Positions 60,601 to 64,000 of a DNA stretch of 64,000 nt are shown piece after piece. The first letter of the stretch is position 1. Each line of letters begins with the position of its first letter. Source of the DNA: Antedon mediterranea (lineage: Eukaryota > Animalia > Echinodermata); contig NC_092670.1 in NCBI RefSeq assembly GCF_964355755.1, positions 18,648,795-18,712,794 on the forward strand. The letters are read 5' to 3'. The position numbers and the translations under genes were made by a program. A model generated the notes under the pieces. The model was given only the letters and a program-made list of their open reading frames with translations, did not search any database and had not been told where the DNA came from.

Positions 60601-62943
60601 GTTGACACGTAGGGCTACATTTTTCGTGATAGTCACCAACAAATCGGGCGTGTTCCACGGGGTCAATTTCAAGGTCAAAATATATGTCAAAGTTTTATTC
60701 AACTTAAAATTAACATAAAACACACACAATTAGTATATTTAGGTTCCTTATGGTCTCCCCTTTACAAAAATACCTTTGTTTTTAAAATCGAACCTATAGT
60801 TCCCGAGATACAGCTCTTTGAAACGTGGCGGCCGCGCCCTTTTTTGCGTAAAAACCGAAAATTGAAATTGCGATATCTCGAAAACCGTTGGTCCGATAAA
60901 GTTAAAATTTGAAATTTTGGCTTTAATTGCTATGAATCACCCATATACCAAATTTCATCAAAATTGGAAGAGGTAGGGTTTAAAATTCCATTTTTTTTGG
61001 GTGAACTGAGATGGAATGACCCTTATTCAGGGGACAGTCTTATTCAAGGGACACTCTTATTCAAGGGACACTCTTATTCAAGGGACACTCTTATTCAGGG
61101 GACACTCTTATTCAAGGGACACTCTTATTCAGGGGACACTCTTATTCAAGGGACACTCTTATTCAGGGGACACTCTTATTCAAGGGACACTCTTATTCAA
61201 GGGACACTCTTATTCAGGAGACACTCTTATTCAAGGGACACTCTTATTCAGGGGACACTCTTATTCAGGGGACACTCTTATTCAGGAGACACTCTTATTC
61301 AGGAGACACTCTTATTCAGGAGACACTCTTATTCAGGAGACACTCTTATTCAGGAGACACTCTTATTCATGGGACACTCTTATTCAGGGGACACTCTTAT
61401 TCAGGGGACACTCTTATTCAAGGGACACTCTTATTCAAGGGACACTCTTATTCAAGGGACACTCTTATTCAGGGGACACTCTTATTCAGGGGACACTCTT
61501 ATTCAGGGGACACTCTTATTCAGGGGACACTCTTATTCAGGGGACACTCTTATTCAAGGGACACTCTTATTCAGGTGACACTCTTATTCAGGTGACACTC
61601 TTATTCAGGGGACACTCTTATTCAGGGGACACTCTTATTCAGGGGACACTCTTATTCAGGGGACACTCTTATTCAGGAGACACTCTTATTCAAGGGACAC
61701 TCTTATTCAGGGGACACTCTTATTCAGGGGACACTCTTATTCAGGGGACACTCTTATTCAGGGGACACTCTTATTCAGGGGACACTCTTAATTCAGGGAA
61801 CACTCTTAATTCAGGGAACACTCTTATTCAGGGATACTCTTATTCAGGGGCGGGACACTCTTATTCAGAGGACACTCTTATTCAGGGGCGGGACACTCTT
61901 ATTTAGGGAACACTCTTTTATTCAGGGGACAGTCTTATTCAGGGGACACTCTTATTCAAGGGACACTCTTATTCAGGAGACACTCTTATTCAGGGGACAC
62001 TCTTATTCAGGGGACACTCTTATTCAGGGGACACTCTTATTCACTTTTGTTATAACACTATGGGCAACCTCTATTCCTGGAAACATTTGTTAGGTCCTGA
62101 AAGTGTCCACCTAATTTATGTCCACTTCTATATTTATACAATCCAGAGAAATAAATGCATTGTTTTATTGATTGATTATTTTTAATAATGATGAAGGGAG
62201 AGAATGAAGCAATGTGATTTTGATTTACTTACTTAGCAAACTATAGTTTTTAATTTATAGGAAAAGCTTCATATTTTTAAGTGGAAACTGAATGAGGCAA
62301 TAACACTTTAATTTAATATATTTTGAAGATTTCTGTTGGCATTATGAATACTTGAATAAAGTTAATTGATTAAATATTGTTTGATTAGTTCACAGTTAAA
62401 AATGTATTGTATATGTTGTTGTATATGCCTTAAGAAATATCTTAGAATTTCCTTCTCATATTATTTACCCATCCGCTTAAAAAGTTAATACTATTTTTGT
62501 TCATATAGTAGTAGTAGTACAGTACTGTATATTCTAATCTACTATAGAGGGCAGCTTCCTAATTTATTTTTTGTTTGCAACTTTACACAAATGATATAGT
62601 CAGTTACTAATAAATATCTGTTTTTCTAATTTTTCTATATATTTTCAAATTCTATTGTATCAAAATAATTCCAGTATTTTAATTTAAATTAATTCTTTCA
62701 GATTTGATGCTGTACTATATTTCTTATATTAACAACTATTGATTTAATGTTATTTATTAAAAAAAACCCAAATGTTTTTTTGATTTTGCAGCCGGCAACC
62801 ATACCCCAAGGTCACATTGACATGTATACCTGTGTTAATATCAACAATTCAGACTCCATAACCAGACAACTCTACTCATTGGCCATCAAGACAACAGAAG
62901 AGGTTATATACATCCGAGCAGAGACGAGGGAGGAGAAGGAGAG
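21543..62943 (+). CDS. MPRIP: Myosin phosphatase Rho-interacting protein / outspread / TRIOBP-like, first four coding exons (Cys/His N-terminal motif and first PH domain); continues past the window
   Basis: Exons 21543-21689, 31088-31168, 50697-50762, 62792-62943 splice in frame to CKDFKPNIFNKTKCQNCFRTREAH..CGYLYIAPGIDFSNPSHKGR-KWQRRCFILYENGELCYALDDN-PATIPQGHIDMYTC..YIRAETREE, collinear with the MPRIP N-terminus as I recall it. Confidence 0.93.
23454..23632 (+). mobile_element. MITE family B (179 bp, hairpin-forming), PIF/Harbinger-like
   Basis: AGCGTGGTTCCCACTAG..CTAGTGGGAACCAAGCT; TTA target duplication; CpG-rich, so probably young. Confidence 0.9.
25033..25188. mobile_element. MITE family A copy
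   Basis: Family A TIRs; right end diverged. Confidence 0.85.
25672..25841. mobile_element. MITE family A copy
   Basis: Family A TIRs. Confidence 0.85.
28411..28569. mobile_element. MITE family A copy
   Basis: Near full length; TTA/TAA flanks. Confidence 0.9.
31088..31168 (+). CDS. MPRIP: MPRIP/outspread coding exon 2
   Basis: KPKIVLLCGYLYIAPGIDFSNPSHKGR; 81 bp, phase 0/0. Confidence 0.88.
31990..32520. repeat. About 97-bp tandem repeat, about 5.3 copies
   Basis: ACAACATTGCAGTAAGTGTACTGTACATATACAGCCATAGATGGTGTGGTCCAGTATTTACAGTA.. recurs at 31994, 32091, 32188, about 32290, 32394 and 32496. Confidence 0.95.
33060..33221. mobile_element. MITE family A copy
   Basis: Family A TIRs; small duplication in the right TIR. 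Confidence 0.85.
33670..33969. mobile_element. Degenerate Harbinger-like MITE
   Basis: TCACACTGGAC..GTCCAGTGCGA imperfect ends; TTA flanks. Confidence 0.4.
37730..38208. repeat. Diverged tandem repeat, about 80-90-bp unit
   Basis: TACAAATGGTTTG..TGTCTACATTCTTGGTTCTAT recurs about 6 times. Confidence 0.8.
39327..39402. repeat. 23-bp tandem repeat x3
   Basis: ATGTTTCTTGTTGCATTTGGTCT. Confidence 0.9.
40094..40338. repeat. 21-bp tandem repeat, about 11.5 copies
   Basis: GATAGATCGCAATTTAACTCY. Confidence 0.95.
41522..41619. mobile_element. MITE family A, truncated copy
   Basis: Left TIR and interior only. Confidence 0.8.
44355..44822. mobile_element. Non-autonomous DNA transposon with about 40-bp imperfect TIRs
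   Basis: AGGGAGGTT..TACGAATACGATAACGAAAACA / TGTTTTCGTTATCGTATTCGTA..AACATCCCT; AAT/ATT flanks. Confidence 0.75.
45479..45619. mobile_element. MITE family A copy
   Basis: Family A; right TIR clipped. Confidence 0.85.
46114..46269. mobile_element. MITE family A copy
   Basis: Family A; TTA on both flanks. Confidence 0.88.
49225..49567. repeat. Diverged direct duplication of about 175 bp
   Basis: GCATAAACAAA.GAAAAGAAATA..GTAGAGCCTC..AATGCCTTTCCA occurs twice. Confidence 0.7.
50385..50466 (+). mobile_element. LINE/SINE 3' tail fragment
   Basis: GAGGG..CACCCTC hairpin, AAATATGGTTG, (AATA)n; the same tail ends the SINE at 55901-56144 and occurs inverted at about 25420-25502. Confidence 0.6.
50465..50600. 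mobile_element. Short palindromic MITE just upstream of MPRIP exon 3
   Basis: ATAGTCAAATTCTGTAATACAGTGTCACATGTGTATCACAT / ATGTGATACATATGTTACACTGTATTACAGAATTTGCCTAT. Confidence 0.75.
50697..50762 (+). CDS. MPRIP: MPRIP/outspread coding exon 3
   Basis: KWQRRCFILYENGELCYALDDN; 66 bp, phase 0/0. Confidence 0.92.
52620..52798 (-). mobile_element. MITE family B, inverted copy
   Basis: Near-identical reverse complement of 23454-23632; TTA target duplication. Confidence 0.9.
53041..53357. mobile_element. MITE with perfect 27-bp TIRs and TTAA target duplication, Kolobok-like
   Basis: TTAA|AGGACAACTTGACCGAGGACCATATTT..AAATATGGTCCTCGGTCAAGTTGTCCT|TTAA. Confidence 0.88.
54665..54842. mobile_element. 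pogo/Tigger-like MITE with TA target duplication
   Basis: TA|GAGTCAACT.TC.CA.TACCGGA..TCCGGTATTGGGAAAGTTGACTG|TA. Confidence 0.75.
55901..56144 (+). mobile_element. tRNA-derived SINE with LINE-like tail and poly(A)
   Basis: A-box-like TGGCTTGGTGG, B-box GTTCAAGTCC, 3' GAGGG..CACCCTC AAATATGGTT A13; degenerate relatives near 8520-8610 (-) and 63244-63443. Confidence 0.7.
56390..57030. repeat. Diverged tandem repeat, about 177-bp unit
   Basis: CACCTTGATTGGTTGATA at about 56463, 56640, 56817 and 56977. Confidence 0.75.
57426..57540. mobile_element. MITE family A, partial copy
   Basis: Interior plus right TIR AAAGTTTGATAGTGTAGACAAAGC. Confidence 0.8.
57578..57673. repeat. 31-bp tandem repeat x3
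   Basis: CCCAGTCATTGTAGATGTTTGTGAATTGTCT. Confidence 0.92.
58144..58445. repeat. 17-bp minisatellite, left part (about 18 units)
   Basis: (RGGGACACTCTTATTCA)n. Confidence 0.97.
59058..60330 (-). pseudogene. Disrupted DDD transposase (Sola2-like)
   Basis: CIISDCREH (frameshift, stop) ..HYFTDGCGGQYKNKYNFINL..EWNFFATSHGKSAFDGIGGTVKR..MFDYCV [SINE] DIPGINFF..IKFMHPHGSAKTFYWPSKEDCCWIP; N-terminal part missing. Confidence 0.85.
59617..59969 (+). mobile_element. tRNA-derived SINE with Deu/Nin-like central domain, inserted in the transposase
   Basis: GAGCGAGTC/GACTCGCTC stem, A box TGGCCGAGCGG, B box GGTTCGAGGCC, CTCGGATAAGGACTATAAACCGTAGGTCC..TTAAAGAACCC..AAGAGTAGGGG..CCCCGGTG, A-rich tail. Confidence 0.82.
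61023..62043. repeat. 17-bp minisatellite, right part (about 60 units)
   Basis: (RGGGACACTCTTATTCA)n resumes in register after the transposon. Confidence 0.97.
62792..62943 (+). CDS. MPRIP: MPRIP/outspread coding exon 4
   Basis: PATIPQGHIDMYTCVNINNSDSITRQLYSLAIKTTEEVIYIRAETREEKE. Confidence 0.92.
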
Positions 62944-63243
62944 GTAAAGTAGACATTGATGTTAATTTAATAAATATTTGGTTTTTTTTCACAATTGGTG
63001 AGAAATGTAAATTGGGGAATAATCTGCGACTTGTAGCCTTCTGTGCTGAATTGCGCACATGTGTGGACGACACATACCACAACTTTCTACTCCCTAAGGG
63101 TCCACATGTCAAGTGCTGCCACCAAACGGCACTTGTTTGTCTGTCCAATATGACAGGGCATGAATGGACCAGTACACCGGGGTAATGGTAATGCTGATAA
63201 TACCTAATATATTTGACAATGTGGTTGACATGTTTCCTTATTG

Positions 63244-63443
63244 ATACCAGGGTACTTGGTCCAAGTCCTGTAAAACTCCAAAAGATTTTTCTGATGCCCA
63301 AAACATTTCCACTACCAAATGAAACTTGGTTTTGCTTACTAATAGTAATACCAGGGTACTTGGTTCAAATCCTGTAAAAGTCCAAAAATTTTTCTGATGC
63401 CCAAAACATCTCCACTAACTAAGCATCAAATGAAACTTGGTTT
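63244..63443. repeat. Direct duplication of about 100 bp, SINE-body-like
   Basis: ATACCAGGGTACTTGGT.CAA.TCCTGTAAAA.TCCAAAA..CTGATGCCCAAAACAT.TCCACTA..AAATGAAACTTGGTTT at 63244 and 63348. Confidence 0.8.
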
Positions 63444-63532
63444 GAAAGCATAGGTTTTCTAGTAATTGGCAAGTCATGAATTTTCTTCTGAAAGTTATTG
63501 TTATGGAATAAATTAAAAAAATAAAACATATA

Positions 63533-64000
63533 CAGTCGACCTTCTCATTTACACACTTCTCAATTACGAACCTTCTATTTTACGAACGCCGTTCGAACGA
63601 TGACGTCATCAGTAATATAATAAAACTTTTACGTACCTACTAATTTATTATCTTCTTAATTTATTAAACTACCCCAAAACAATTATTTCATAAATAAAGC
63701 AAAGCTTATTAAAAACGATCCACGATTTATTTATAGTTTAAAAGTTGTCTATTCTTAGGCCGTTAGCTAGGCCGTTTAGCTAGGCCTAGGCCGTTTAGTC
63801 TAGGCTTAAGCTAGAGATCATCATCCCCACTGCTGGAGTGCATGGAGAGCACCCTGCACGTGTTTTTGAAAAAAACAAAAGTTGATCGCGAACTGCAAAA
63901 AAGGCTAGCTACGATGACCATACTATCAATTTAGTTTGGTTTGTGCATGTGTTTACGATATAAAAAAACACTTGACTCTTATTTATTAACATTTTAAAAC
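63533..64000. mobile_element. Left end of a probable pogo/Tigger-like DNA transposon running off the window
   Basis: TA|CAGTCGACCTTC with subterminal TTACGAAC repeats and an abrupt shift to CpG-rich sequence; right end not visible. Confidence 0.5.

Larger units (their letters stand above)
58446..61022 (-). mobile_element. Sola2-type DNA transposon, internally deleted, about 510-bp TIRs, 4-bp TTAT target duplication
   Basis: TTAT|GGGTCATTCCATCTCAG..CTGAGATGGAATGACCC|TTAT; TIRs 58446-58956 and 60503-61022; transposase remnants on the - strand. The superfamily call rests on GRG ends, 4-bp TSD, long TIRs and motifs. Confidence 0.85.

Noticed and set aside
60964-61906. Long ORFs of repeated GHSYSGDTLIQGTLLFR (also 58113-58529)
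   Set aside because: Translation of a stop-free 17-bp minisatellite; not a gene
58144-62043. CRISPR-like appearance of the regular repeats
   Set aside because: Units are contiguous with no unique spacers, there are no cas genes, and the context is eukaryotic
62876-63301. 141-aa minus-strand ORF
   Set aside because: Overlaps MPRIP exon 4 antisense and repeat-derived sequence; no recognisable domain

Overview
AT-rich, intron-rich animal genomic DNA, probably an invertebrate deuterostome such as an echinoderm (inferred from gene content and a Deu-domain SINE, not proven). Three spliced genes lie on the + strand. (1) TECPR1: 22 exons in the window (1..13235), 5' end upstream, with both DysF domains, the LIR, the ATG5-interacting helix and the PH domain readable, plus a candidate 108-bp cassette exon in the second DysF domain. 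(2) An intact 9-exon, 437-aa YeeE/YedE (TsuA-like) sulfur-compound transporter (16897..20290), a family characterised mainly in prokaryotes, here ending in a YxxPhi-type tail. (3) The first four coding exons of MPRIP/outspread (21543..62943, continuing past the window), separated by 9-20 kb introns. The introns carry many non-autonomous DNA transposons (14 copies of one Harbinger-like MITE; Kolobok-like, pogo-like and hAT-like elements), LINE tails, tRNA-SINEs, a degenerate Penelope-type hammerhead and several minisatellites. There is also a three-level nest: a Deu-type SINE inside a Sola2 transposon inside a MITE-derived 17-bp minisatellite. TACAGTA/TACTGTA (Tc1/mariner footprint-like) is strongly enriched in the CpG-poor gene bodies and scarce in the CpG-rich transporter locus. 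Most entries in the ORF track are spurious or run-on exon frames. All calls were made by eye, without database searches.
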